A stretch of DNA of 64,000 nt from Gammaproteobacteria bacterium (GTDB lineage Bacteria > Pseudomonadota > Gammaproteobacteria > G965277405), in contig OZ255726.1 of assembly GCA_965277405.1 (NCBI GenBank), forward strand, positions 887,128 to 951,127, written 5' to 3'. The first letter of the stretch is position 1. Each line of letters opens with the position of its first letter. The position numbers were made by a program, and so were the translations under genes. The notes beneath the pieces were generated by a model. That model had not been told where the DNA came from. It did not search any database and worked only from the letters and a program-made list of their open reading frames with translations. Below are positions 50,350 to 59,609 of the stretch, piece by piece.

Positions 50350-51615
50350 ATGGGCCTTACATTAGGGTTGGTCTGTCAGCGCAATAACAACGTGCCGTTC
50401 CTATTTGAAGCAGCGGCAGCCAATCGATGTGGTTTAGTACTTATTCACGCACCCGGTGAATCTCCCCCGACGCATATGCCAGCTGTTGTCCACACGTTGG
50501 AGCTCGACGTATTTGCTCATCCACAAGCCGCGCTCTCACAGCTTGAGGCTGAAAAAATCGGACTAGATGGCATATTAACCTGCCGTGAAGAGGCTGTGCC
50601 CTGGACTGCCTTAGCAGCCCAACGCCTCAAACTACCTGGACTCAACCCCGATGCGGCACTCATCACCCGCGATAAAGCACAGATGAGAAAAGCTTTTGCA
50701 GTGGCGGGGTTAAATGTTCCAAGCTATACCTCCCTGTCAGCAGACGCCCCAGTAACACTATCCGCTAGCATGTCATACCCGCTAGTCGTCAAACCCACAG
50801 GTGGCTACGCAAGCCAAGGTGTCATTCGCGTTGATAAAGCGAGTGATCTGAAAAATACAGTAGCTAAAGTGCGAGCAATCAATGCCAATGACCTCGACGC
50901 TTTCGCCACCACTACCAGCGGAATCAATTGGGGCGCTGTTATCGTTGAAGAGTATATCGACGGCCCCGAATATGCAGTAGAGGTGTTTGCAACCGAAGGG
51001 CGGGTACATGTACTCTCCATTGGTTACAAAGGCGAGCCCAAGGGTCCTTACTTTGAGGAGACAGTTTACCTCGCGCCACCACACCTCGCGCCAGCTACAC
51101 ATAAGGCAATTGTGGAGCAAGCAATTGGCGGCATGGAATCTTTAGGCCTTACTGACGGCCCAGGCCACTGCGAGTTAAGACTGCAAAATAGCACGAAACC
51201 CTATCTGCTTGAGATTGGAGCAAGGATCGGCGGGTCTGGGGTAAGCCAATTTATAGTACAGGAAAGTTCAGGAATTGATTATGCTGGCCTACAGTTCCGC
51301 CAGTCCGCCAAGTCCTCCCTTCCCGAACTTCCTGACATAGCGACGCCAATCGCGACTGCAGGAAACTGGATTATCCCACTCGGTGGTCATGGAAAATTGG
51401 TTGATATTGCAGGTCTACAAGTGGTTCATGAGCATCCAGAAACCAAGCGCGTGCTAACCTTCCTCGAACCTGGCACCGCTGTGCAACCCTATCCAATTTT
51501 CAGTGGGTATCCAGGTTTCGTGTTATCACGCCACACCGACTGGCAGTCTGGTATAGACTATCATCGCTGGCTCAGCCAAAAACTCCGTACACATTGGGTG
51601 GAGGTAGAAACTTAA
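50350..51615 (+). CDS. ATP-grasp domain protein (carboxylate-amine / L-amino-acid ligase-like)
   Basis: ATP-grasp motifs (PLVVKPTGGYASQGV...EEYIDGPEYAVE...ELRL...LLEIGARIGG). The start at 50350 is reconstructed from the pre-insertion site. The track ORF start at 50218 lies inside the MITE. Confidence 0.75.
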   Translation: MGLTLGLVCQRNNNVPFLFEAAAANRCGLVLIHAPGESPPTHMPAVVHTLELDVFAHPQAALSQLEAEKIGLDGILTCREEAVPWTALAAQRLKLPGLNPDAALITRDKAQMRKAFAVAGLNVPSYTSLSADAPVTLSASMSYPLVVKPTGGYASQGVIRVDKASDLKNTVAKVRAINANDLDAFATTTSGINWGAVIVEEYIDGPEYAVEVFATEGRVHVLSIGYKGEPKGPYFEETVYLAPPHLAPATHKAIVEQAIGGMESLGLTDGPGHCELRLQNSTKPYLLEIGARIGGSGVSQFIVQESSGIDYAGLQFRQSAKSSLPELPDIATPIATAGNWIIPLGGHGKLVDIAGLQVVHEHPETKRVLTFLEPGTAVQPYPIFSGYPGFVLSRHTDWQSGIDYHRWLSQKLRTHWVEVET

Positions 51616-51671
51616 ATCGCCTGTTAATCCTATGTTATCGCTATGCAGTTAGCAGATTATGCCGCTCTTAT

Positions 51672-51701
51672 TACATACTAATACATACTAATACATACTA
51701 T
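51672..51701. repeat. 10-bp x3 tandem repeat (ATACATACTA) in the convergent intergenic region between ATP-grasp and gatC
   Basis: Read directly from the sequence. Confidence 0.85.
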
Positions 51702-51982
51702 AAAATTTTCGGAACTGTATAAAAATGGTCAGTAACATAGGGATTATCCCTTTGCAGCTCTGCTCTGCTATGGTGTTTGGCAACAATATCTGCGCGCAAT
51801 GGCTGTGCTTGTTCCAATGGGGTGTGGAGGGGTTCTAACCCTGTCACGTCGATTGTTTTCATTGTTTCAATCATTTGTAAAACATTTTCAAGATCAGCGC
51901 TGAATGCGGCAGCTTGCTCATCACTCAGTTGAAGTTTTGCCAGTGTGCAGAGTTTTTGTATGTCGATATGTAACGGCGTCAT
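51698..51982 (-). CDS. gatC: Glu-tRNA(Gln)/Asp-tRNA(Asn) amidotransferase subunit C
   Basis: A 94-aa GatC-family protein. No gatA or gatB is adjacent. A MITE TIR-like 13-mer (GAACCTCTGATTT) lies 8 nt upstream of the start. Confidence 0.8.
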   Translation of the reverse strand: MTPLHIDIQKLCTLAKLQLSDEQAAAFSADLENVLQMIETMKTIDVTGLEPLHTPLEQAQPLRADIVAKHHSRAELQRDNPYVTDHFYTVPKIL

Positions 51983-51984
51983 AT

Positions 51985-52730
51985 TTAATGAACCTCTGAT
52001 TTAAAATGTTTACATGAATATCGCTGTGCTTGGACAGCTGTCATTGCGCTGGTCGCTATAATATCGTCAATACTGCAACCACGCGAGAGCTCATTCACTG
52101 GTTTGTTTGACCCTTGTAAAAAGGTCCAATCGCAGTCCCTCCGCCCATTCGCCCATTCGCCCATTAGTTGCGCAATTGTATCGCCACTATTCGCAACCTC
52201 TAGCGCTGGAAATATTAAAACATTGGCGCTGCATTGGCTGATTATTAACCAACCACAACCAATCACCATCAACAACCGCGTGCTATTGTGCCACGCTGGT
52301 ATGAATATGCAGTATATTTTTGCTTGTAAACTGTCGCAGCCATGAGTTTTGTGATCCCCAGCAATGGCACATATGCATGCGTCGCCGGGTAATTGCATGC
52401 TGCATGCAACAGATATTGTTCTTGTGTATCAATATAATCTTCTATAAACGGCGGATACCACAGCGGTAGTGGGTCGTAGCACGTAGTAAGCTGTTCAAGG
52501 TATGCGCTGCACCAATGCTGCCGTACATTTGTTTGCTTCCTTTTTACAGCACTTTGATAAACGCTTCTTGTATTGTCATTTGTATCATATACCGCTCCTG
52601 CTAAATAATTTCTCAGTAACGACCTATGGTCAATCAAGATAATGCGAGATTGAATAGCAACCGCGCAGCAACTGTACTGAATTTTGCACCATGCAGACAC
52701 ATCCAACAATAATTGCTGCGTAACTATCAC
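51985..52730 (-). pseudogene. Cys-rich hypothetical reading frame split over two overlapping ORFs (52269-52730 and 51985-52398). It is possibly a frameshifted remnant.
   Basis: The two ORFs lie in different frames and overlap by 130 nt. I recognise no family, and a (CGCCCATT)x3 repeat lies at 52142-52165. Confidence 0.25.
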
Positions 52731-52882
52731 GCTTGTCCAAACTCCCCCCAGCTACGAAAGCACCACCGCCCCATTAAAAAATCTATGCTGCATACCAACT
52801 ATCAACGCCTAAACTATAAATTCTAAATAGTTATGTCTCGCTTCACAATTGGTGCGGGCAAATACAATCCCAAAGCATCTAG

Positions 52883-53026
52883 GGAACCTCTGATTAAGTC
52901 CATAATGGGCGAAACGGAGCAAAAACGACGTGAGCACAGCGTTTTTCCTGTTCCTCTGTTGCATATACTGTTCAATATACAACGGTTTGGAGCAATTGCT
53001 GCATCAGCGCCTTAATTAGGACTTCC
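52883..53026 (+). mobile_element. Internally deleted MITE derivative (144 bp) retaining both termini
   Basis: The left end is GGAACCTCTGATTAAGTCCATAATGGGCGAAACGGAGCAAAAACG and the right end is ...GCGCCTTAATTAGGACTTCC. The flanks are CTAG / TTAA. Confidence 0.7.
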
Positions 53027-53149
53027 TTAAGTCAAAAAATCTAAAAATGATTCATATGGGGTATACGGCATACGTTTATCATATTATCATATTATCATTA
53101 GTCATATTACAACACTTGCTATTTACAAGCTTTGCCTAAGGAGAAATAC

Positions 53150-54949
53150 ATGACTGCTTCTATGCCTAATCGTCTATTCAACACCCCGATAGATACGCAA
53201 GACGATATAACAGCACTTATTCCTGATTTCCCGTTTGATTACGCAGTTTTCTTGGACACCGCTAAGATCAATCGCAAACCGTTGTTCAATATTCCTTCAG
53301 CCAATTATGGACAAGAAGTCTGTATTGTTGGAGGTGGCATGGCCGGCTTGACGGCAGCATACGAACTTATGAGAAGCGGACTCAAACCGATCATTTTTGA
53401 AGCTGATCGGATTGGCGGGCGTATGGACGCTAAGCCGATGAGTAACTCCGGCACATTGGCTGAAATGGGTTCGATGAGGTTTCCGCTAAGTGGGAAAGCA
53501 TTGTTCCACTATATCAATAAGGTTGGAGCCTATACTGCGCCATTTCCAAACCCAGGTACAGCTGCATCTTTTGGGAATCTGGTCAATTACCGCGGCGAAA
53601 ACTTCTATTACGAACGTGATAGTAAAAATTTCCCGATACCATCACACTTCGTTGCGCTTGAGCAAGATTGGCAGGACATGCTGGACGGTTCACCGACCAA
53701 TTTTCAGCAGATGCGCCAGGCGCTAATTCGCAAGGATATAACTACGATCAAGAGAATATGGAATAATCTTATCACGGGGACGGAGAGCATAGACAGTTTT
53801 GATAACATCAGTTTTTACAACTATCTAAAGATGTACGGCAACTGGTCAATGGATGAAATTGACCTGTTTGGTCAAGTGGGCTTTGGCACAGGTGGATGGA
53901 ATACAGATTTTCCAAACTGTATACTTGAGGTCCTTAGGGTCGCGATGACCTACCTTGATTCCGACCACCAGTTGATTTATGAAGGCTCCACTTTTGTACC
54001 TAGCTCACTTCTACAGCAGACCCCTAGTGTATTGGGTGACGTCATGGTGCATTGGTCTGAAAATACAACTGTTCAGTCTCTAACAGAATCGGTCTTGAAT
54101 AGTGTATCTGGCAACAAAGTTAATGCTTTTCAACCTTCTAACAGCGACACTAACAAAATCAAAGTTGAATACTCAGGTCCGAATGGCGAAAAGAAATCCC
54201 GAGATTTCAGTGCTGTAATTTACACTCCTCAAGTGCGCTGCCTACAGCAAATGGGTCATAATTACGCTGAACAAAATTCCTATAGCATTCTTACCCAGGA
54301 TATTATCGAAGCAGTTCAATACACTCACTACATGCAATCAGCAAAAACATTCATTGAGCTTAAAACACCATTCTGGAAGGAACGCGATTCAACTACCGGA
54401 AAGTATAAGATGAGTATCACTCTTACAGACCGTAAGACACGTGGGACCTATCTTCTTGACTATACCCGCGATGATGAAACACCGCGTCCTGTTGTATGCA
54501 TCTCATACACTTGGAACGATGATGCGCTGAAATATCTTCCGCTTAAATCCGCCGACCGTCTATATGGAGGAATTACGACCCTGTACGACATTGATCCAAA
54601 TTTAATGGGGCATCTGGGGCATGAGGTGACCGGCGACCCCATTACTATCTCCTGGGAAAACGAACTGTTCTACCTTGGTGCCTTCAAAAATAACCTTCCT
54701 GGCCAATACAGAATGCAAAGACGCCTGTTCACTCAGTTCATGCAAAATACAAGCTCGGTCAAAGATCGTTTTATCTTGGCAGGTGACGACATTTCTTGGA
54801 CGGCTGGATGGGCAGAAGGAGCAGTATCAACTGCCATAAATGCAGCAAATGCCGTCGCGGGCTTGTTCGAAGGCTCAACTTATCAAAATAACTCTGATCC
54901 TGTAAGCCGTTTTAATGACTTAAAGCCGGTCGAACTGAATGCTGTTTGA
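53150..54949 (+). CDS. Flavin-dependent amino-acid 2-monooxygenase (oxidative decarboxylase) of the Trp/Lys/Arg 2-monooxygenase - amine oxidase family
   Basis: The FAD dinucleotide motif VCIVGGGMAGLTAAYEL..GGR is present. By my recollection it resembles lysine 2-monooxygenase DavB-type sequences, for example the conserved block FGQVGFGTGGWNTDFPN. The SD AAGGAG is 6 nt upstream of the ATG at 53150. Confidence 0.75.
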   Translation: MTASMPNRLFNTPIDTQDDITALIPDFPFDYAVFLDTAKINRKPLFNIPSANYGQEVCIVGGGMAGLTAAYELMRSGLKPIIFEADRIGGRMDAKPMSNSGTLAEMGSMRFPLSGKALFHYINKVGAYTAPFPNPGTAASFGNLVNYRGENFYYERDSKNFPIPSHFVALEQDWQDMLDGSPTNFQQMRQALIRKDITTIKRIWNNLITGTESIDSFDNISFYNYLKMYGNWSMDEIDLFGQVGFGTGGWNTDFPNCILEVLRVAMTYLDSDHQLIYEGSTFVPSSLLQQTPSVLGDVMVHWSENTTVQSLTESVLNSVSGNKVNAFQPSNSDTNKIKVEYSGPNGEKKSRDFSAVIYTPQVRCLQQMGHNYAEQNSYSILTQDIIEAVQYTHYMQSAKTFIELKTPFWKERDSTTGKYKMSITLTDRKTRGTYLLDYTRDDETPRPVVCISYTWNDDALKYLPLKSADRLYGGITTLYDIDPNLMGHLGHEVTGDPITISWENELFYLGAFKNNLPGQYRMQRRLFTQFMQNTSSVKDRFILAGDDISWTAGWAEGAVSTAINAANAVAGLFEGSTYQNNSDPVSRFNDLKPVELNAV

Positions 54950-55002
54950 CAGGAAATTTGGCAGCGGTGTCTAAACTAGCGCTGAACAGCGTTGTAGCCT
55001 AG

Positions 55003-55294
55003 GGGATCTCTGATGAACTAGCTGACGGAATGAGTTTGCCTGCAATTGCTGATGATTACAAGGCGTAGAGCGCATGACCTAGCTATACGCCAAGGGATGC
55101 AATACAGCAAGCGTAAGCAATTGCCGCAAACCAAAAGTGTATTCAACACAACGACGGAGAAAAAACGCTGTGCTACCGTCGTTGCAGCACTTGGCAATAC
55201 CCACAGGACCCACCAATATTATCTGCGCACTGCGCTTAAGTTTCATCAAGCGTTTTTCTCCGTCTCGTCCAGCATGGACTGAATCAGAGCTTCC
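55003..55294 (-). mobile_element. MITE copy 6 (292 bp), in reverse orientation, between the monooxygenase and ureohydrolase genes
   Basis: Both TIRs are present (GGGATCTCTGATGAA... / ...GACTGAATCAGAGCTTCC). The flanks are CTAG / TTTA with no TSD. Confidence 0.82.
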
Positions 55295-55562
55295 TTTATG
55301 GGACAGCCGCTGAGTTCACTTGTCAACCAGACCGCGTGGAGTGTAGTAACTAATACGTTGAAATCTTCAAGCCTAGTGCCCGATAGTCGAAAAATAATGC
55401 AGGTTGCGCGCTTAGAACCTTACAGAAGCTTAATAATATGACACTCCAACTATTCAGACCTAACATCGTATAAAAACAGCCTATTTGTGCAGCACGTCTG
55501 TTTAATCTAGGTAATTTCTAAGCTATAATTCGTTTTCGCAGTATATTTTGGGGGAATGGAAT

Positions 55563-56516
55563 ATGGTGCCAAAAGAATATTTTCAACCGTTAAGTGGCAA
55601 CGAAATGCCCCGTTTTGCTGGGCTGTCTACTATGATGCGTCTGCCTGCTAAGCACACTGCACTTGACCTTGATGCCTGTTTTATCGGTATCCCGTTAGAT
55701 ATTGGCACATCGAACCGATCAGGAACACGCTTTGGACCGCGACAAATACGTGCTGAGTCTAGCATGCTGCGCCCCTATAATATGGCGACTGGTGCGGCAC
55801 CCTTTGATGCCATGCGGGTTGCCGATATCGGTGATGTGCCAATTAATACATTTAATTTAAAAGACAGTATACAGCTAATTTCAAAGTATTATTGCGATCT
55901 GCTAAAACATGATGTTATTCCTCTAACGATGGGCGGGGATCATACGATTAGCTTCCCTATTTTGCAGGCAATCGCGGCCAAACATGGACCAGTAGCTTTA
56001 ATCCACATTGACGCTCACGCCGACATTAATGACGAGATGTTTGGTGAAAAAATTGCCCATGGCACACCCTTTAGACGGGCCTTTGATGATGGTTTACTGA
56101 ACAACGACAAGGTTTTCCAGATAGGATTGCGCGGCACAGGATATTCACCAGAAGACTTTAACTGGTCCCGTCAACAAGGGTGGACGGTTGTTCAAGCCGA
56201 AGAGTGCTGGGGCAAATCTCTTGCACCATTAATAAAGAATATCAGCAAAAAAATCGGCAACACCCCAACGTATATCACCTACGATATTGACAGCCTTGAC
56301 CCGGCATTTGCACCTGGCACTGGTACGGTAGAGATAGGTGGGTTGACCACATGGCAGGCTTTGGAACTCGTGCGGGGATGTGCTGGTCTTAATATCGTAG
56401 GAGGTGATCTGGTTGAGGTGTCACCACCGTATGACCCCAGCGGCAATACCGCTTTAATTGCAGCAAATCTGCTGTATGAAATGCTCTGCGTGCTACCAAA
56501 AAACTATCAAGACTGA
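55563..56516 (+). CDS. Arginase-family ureohydrolase (agmatinase / guanidinobutyrase / guanidinopropionase-like)
   Basis: The binuclear Mn motifs GGDHTIS, DAHADIND and SLDPAFAPGTG are present. The protein is 317 aa. The ATG at 55563 is preceded by a GGGGGA SD. Confidence 0.85.
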   Translation: MVPKEYFQPLSGNEMPRFAGLSTMMRLPAKHTALDLDACFIGIPLDIGTSNRSGTRFGPRQIRAESSMLRPYNMATGAAPFDAMRVADIGDVPINTFNLKDSIQLISKYYCDLLKHDVIPLTMGGDHTISFPILQAIAAKHGPVALIHIDAHADINDEMFGEKIAHGTPFRRAFDDGLLNNDKVFQIGLRGTGYSPEDFNWSRQQGWTVVQAEECWGKSLAPLIKNISKKIGNTPTYITYDIDSLDPAFAPGTGTVEIGGLTTWQALELVRGCAGLNIVGGDLVEVSPPYDPSGNTALIAANLLYEMLCVLPKNYQD

Positions 56517-56542
56517 CTAAATCTAAACAGGGAGAAAATAAT

Positions 56543-57646
56543 ATGTCGAAACGCAAACAAACAATCAAATTGAGCCGCCGCGCCTTTGTCGGCACTGCGA
56601 TTACAGCAGGAGTTGTGGCGGCCTCAATAGGCGCGCCTTCAATCTTACGGGGAGCAGCAGATCGAACCCTCAAAGTGGGGGTATACGGCGGTTACTTTCA
56701 GGAATCTTTCGACAAGCATATTTTTCCTGATTTTACAACTGCAACGGGTATCAAGCTTGAATCAATTGGAGAGCCGACAGGTGAAGCATGGTTGGTACAG
56801 CTGATGGCGGCTGCGCGGGCAAACCAAGCGCCTGCTGATGTCTCGATGATGGCACAAGTTGCACGTTTGAAAGGTGAGAAAGCAAAACTTTGGGGAGCGT
56901 TGGATGATAGCGCATTAACGAATGCTGCTAACTTACCTGATCACTTCGTGCACCGGTATGAAGATGGCAAAATCAATAGCTTAGGCGCTGTGGCTTGGTA
57001 TGTCACATTGGTTACAAACACTGATGTTTACAAAGATGCGCCAACATCATGGAAATCTTTATGGGATTCGGCAAATGCTGATAGTCTTGGCCTTATGGCA
57101 CTCGTAACCAACTCTTTTCTTTTAGAAATCACAGCTAAGACATGGTTCGGTGGCACCGGAATCTTGGACACAAAAGATGGCATTTTGCAGACCATGCACA
57201 AGCTGGAAGAAGTAAAACCAAACGTGCGACTGTGGTATCGCGACGAAGGTCAATTCCAGCAAGCCTTGGAAACTGGCGAGATCCCTATGGGCGAGTATTA
57301 TCACGATGTTACTGGACTGGCTGCGTCTGCAGGAAAGCCTGTAAGATCAACGTTCCCAGTAGAAGGTGGGGTGCTTGACTCAGGGTCTTGGTGTGTTTCC
57401 AAAGCATCCAAAAAAGTGACAGAAGCACAAGAATTCATCAACTATATGTGCCAACCTGAAATTCAAGCTAAACTGTCGCGTTTCGTCGGTACGGCACCAA
57501 CTGTACGGCGTGATCTGACGGATTTGACCGATGAAGAATATGCCGCAGTTGCAAGCCCCATTGATCCAATCATCCCACGTTATGATTTATATAGCGAACG
57601 TGAAGATTGGCTGACTCAAAAATGGTCTGAATTGGTAACTGGATAA
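56543..57646 (+). CDS. Periplasmic polyamine-type substrate-binding protein (PotF/PotD-like) with a Tat signal
   Basis: The twin-arginine motif SRRAFVGTAI is followed by an SBP family 1 fold. It is the first gene of a PotFGHI-ordered operon. Confidence 0.8.
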   Translation: MSKRKQTIKLSRRAFVGTAITAGVVAASIGAPSILRGAADRTLKVGVYGGYFQESFDKHIFPDFTTATGIKLESIGEPTGEAWLVQLMAAARANQAPADVSMMAQVARLKGEKAKLWGALDDSALTNAANLPDHFVHRYEDGKINSLGAVAWYVTLVTNTDVYKDAPTSWKSLWDSANADSLGLMALVTNSFLLEITAKTWFGGTGILDTKDGILQTMHKLEEVKPNVRLWYRDEGQFQQALETGEIPMGEYYHDVTGLAASAGKPVRSTFPVEGGVLDSGSWCVSKASKKVTEAQEFINYMCQPEIQAKLSRFVGTAPTVRRDLTDLTDEEYAAVASPIDPIIPRYDLYSEREDWLTQKWSELVTG

Positions 57647-57672
57647 ACCAATACTGGCTCGCCAAAAAATTT

Positions 57673-58764
57673 TGACGGGGACCATACACATCAACTATTG
57701 CGAGAATATTCATTAGCCAGGTTAAAATTGAAAATTTCACAAAGAAATTTGGTCATTTTACCGCCGTTGATAACGTCTCTCTTGATGTTGCTGATGGTAG
57801 TTTAGTCTGCTTGCTTGGTCCTTCTGGTTGCGGCAAGACGACTTTGCTGCGCTTGATTGCTGGTTTAGAAGACCTGACAGCAGGAAAATTAACGGTTGGC
57901 GGCGAAGATTATGGCGAGGTTCCAGCGCATAAACGTAATTTTGGGATGGTATTTCAATCTCTAGCTCTTTTCCCGCATCTGACAGTCGGCGAAAATATTG
58001 CATATCCGCTTAAGATCAGGGGAGCTTCTGCCACCAAGCAGCGAACTCGTGCAACCGAATTGCTCGAATTGGTAAAACTGGCAGGTCTGGAAGATCGCAA
58101 AATTTATCAACTATCTGGTGGTCAGCGGCAACGCGTGGCAATCGCACGTGGTCTAGCAATTGACCCCAACGTATTTTTGTTAGATGAACCGCTTTCGGCA
58201 CTTGATGCCAATTTACGGGAACATATGCAGATTGAACTCAGACAATTGCAACAAGATTTGGGCGTAACAACAATTGTAGTGACCCATGACCAGCGTGAGG
58301 CCATGTCGATGGCTGATATAGTTATTGTTATGGAAGCAGGAAAAGTACAACAAGTTGGATCGCCCATCGACATTTATCGTAACCCAGAAAACACCTTTGT
58401 CGCCAATTTTATCGGCGTCAACAATTTACTAACAGGACAGATGCTCGACGCAACAACCTTTGATTTTGACGGCAATCATATCGACCTTACGGACGATGAT
58501 AGCGTACATTACGAAATTGGCAGGCCAGCCATATTATCATTTCGGCCTGAGGATGTCGTTGTATCTACTAAAAAAGGTAGCGCACAACTTAACGGTGAAG
58601 TTCTTTTTATTCGCGATCTGGGGGCAAGCGTAGAGATTTTGACCCGTGTTGGCGATATTGAGATCACTGCGGTTTGTGCGCCCAAACATCGACCAGATGT
58701 GAATATTGGTGATGTCGTCTGGCTTGAGATCCACACTGGTCGCACAACGGTACTGGCATCATAA
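57673..58764 (+). CDS. ABC transporter ATP-binding protein (PotG/PotA-like). The start codon is uncertain and may be non-canonical.
   Basis: Walker A (GPSGCGKTT), LSGGQ, Walker B and a C-terminal TOBE domain are present. A conserved N-terminal segment (VKIENFTKKFGHFTAVDNVSL) lies upstream of the track start (a TTG at 57811). The only in-frame candidate starts there are the TTG at 57673 or ATT/ATA codons. Confidence 0.75.
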
Positions 58765-58772
58765 GCACGCGC

Positions 58773-59606
58773 ATGTCTTTGTTTAAGGATAATAAAGGGG
58801 TTAGCTATGCACTGCTAATGTTGGTCGTATTTTTCTTTATTCCCTTTTTGATTATGTTTGCGGTCAGCTTCTTCAATCGAGACGAAGGTGCATTTTTTCA
58901 TACCGCCTTTGAGTTGAATAACTATGTGCGTTTCCTAACGCCGTTCTTCGGAAAAGTACTGTTAACATCGCTTGGCCTGTCCATAGCGACGGCTGTCATT
59001 TCTGTATCAGTTGCCCTGCCATTCACCTATTTCGTGACCCGTATGTCAGCGGTTCGGCAATCGATTATTCTGGTTTTTCTATTGTCAGTGTTATCGCTAT
59101 CAGAAGTCATAATCGGTTTTGCATGGTCCATCTTGTTGTCAAAGACAGCAGGCGTGGGCAACCTGCTAGCTGCGCTCGGAATTCTTGAAGCATCAAAGAG
59201 TTTTACGCCCAGTCTGGGTGCATTACTGCTCGGCGTGACTTATCTTGGGTTTCCCTACGCGGTTTTGGTGATCTACCCCGCCTTGTCGCGGCTTGACCCT
59301 GAGATTCCCGAAGCGGCGCGGATGTTTGGCGCATCTCCAATCAAAAGCTTCCTAAATGTCACTGTCCCTTTGATGAAAAACACCATTATAGGAACGCTCA
59401 TTCTGGTGTTCGCCTTCACCTTGGGTGCATATCTGTTGCCACAGGTGCTGGGTCGCCCCCAGCATTGGACATTATCCGTACATATTACTGACCAGGCAAT
59501 TTTTCAATCTAATCTTCCATTTGCGGCAGCAATGGCTATCTTCTTGATGCTTGTCTCATTGGCATTGGTTGGGCTGTCGGCACTGGTCATCAAAAAAACG
59601 GCATAA
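58773..59606 (+). CDS. ABC transporter permease (PotH/PotB-like)
   Basis: There are six TM segments and an EAA loop (EAARMFGASP). Confidence 0.85.
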   Translation: MSLFKDNKGVSYALLMLVVFFFIPFLIMFAVSFFNRDEGAFFHTAFELNNYVRFLTPFFGKVLLTSLGLSIATAVISVSVALPFTYFVTRMSAVRQSIILVFLLSVLSLSEVIIGFAWSILLSKTAGVGNLLAALGILEASKSFTPSLGALLLGVTYLGFPYAVLVIYPALSRLDPEIPEAARMFGASPIKSFLNVTVPLMKNTIIGTLILVFAFTLGAYLLPQVLGRPQHWTLSVHITDQAIFQSNLPFAAAMAIFLMLVSLALVGLSALVIKKTA

Positions 59607-59609
59607 CTC

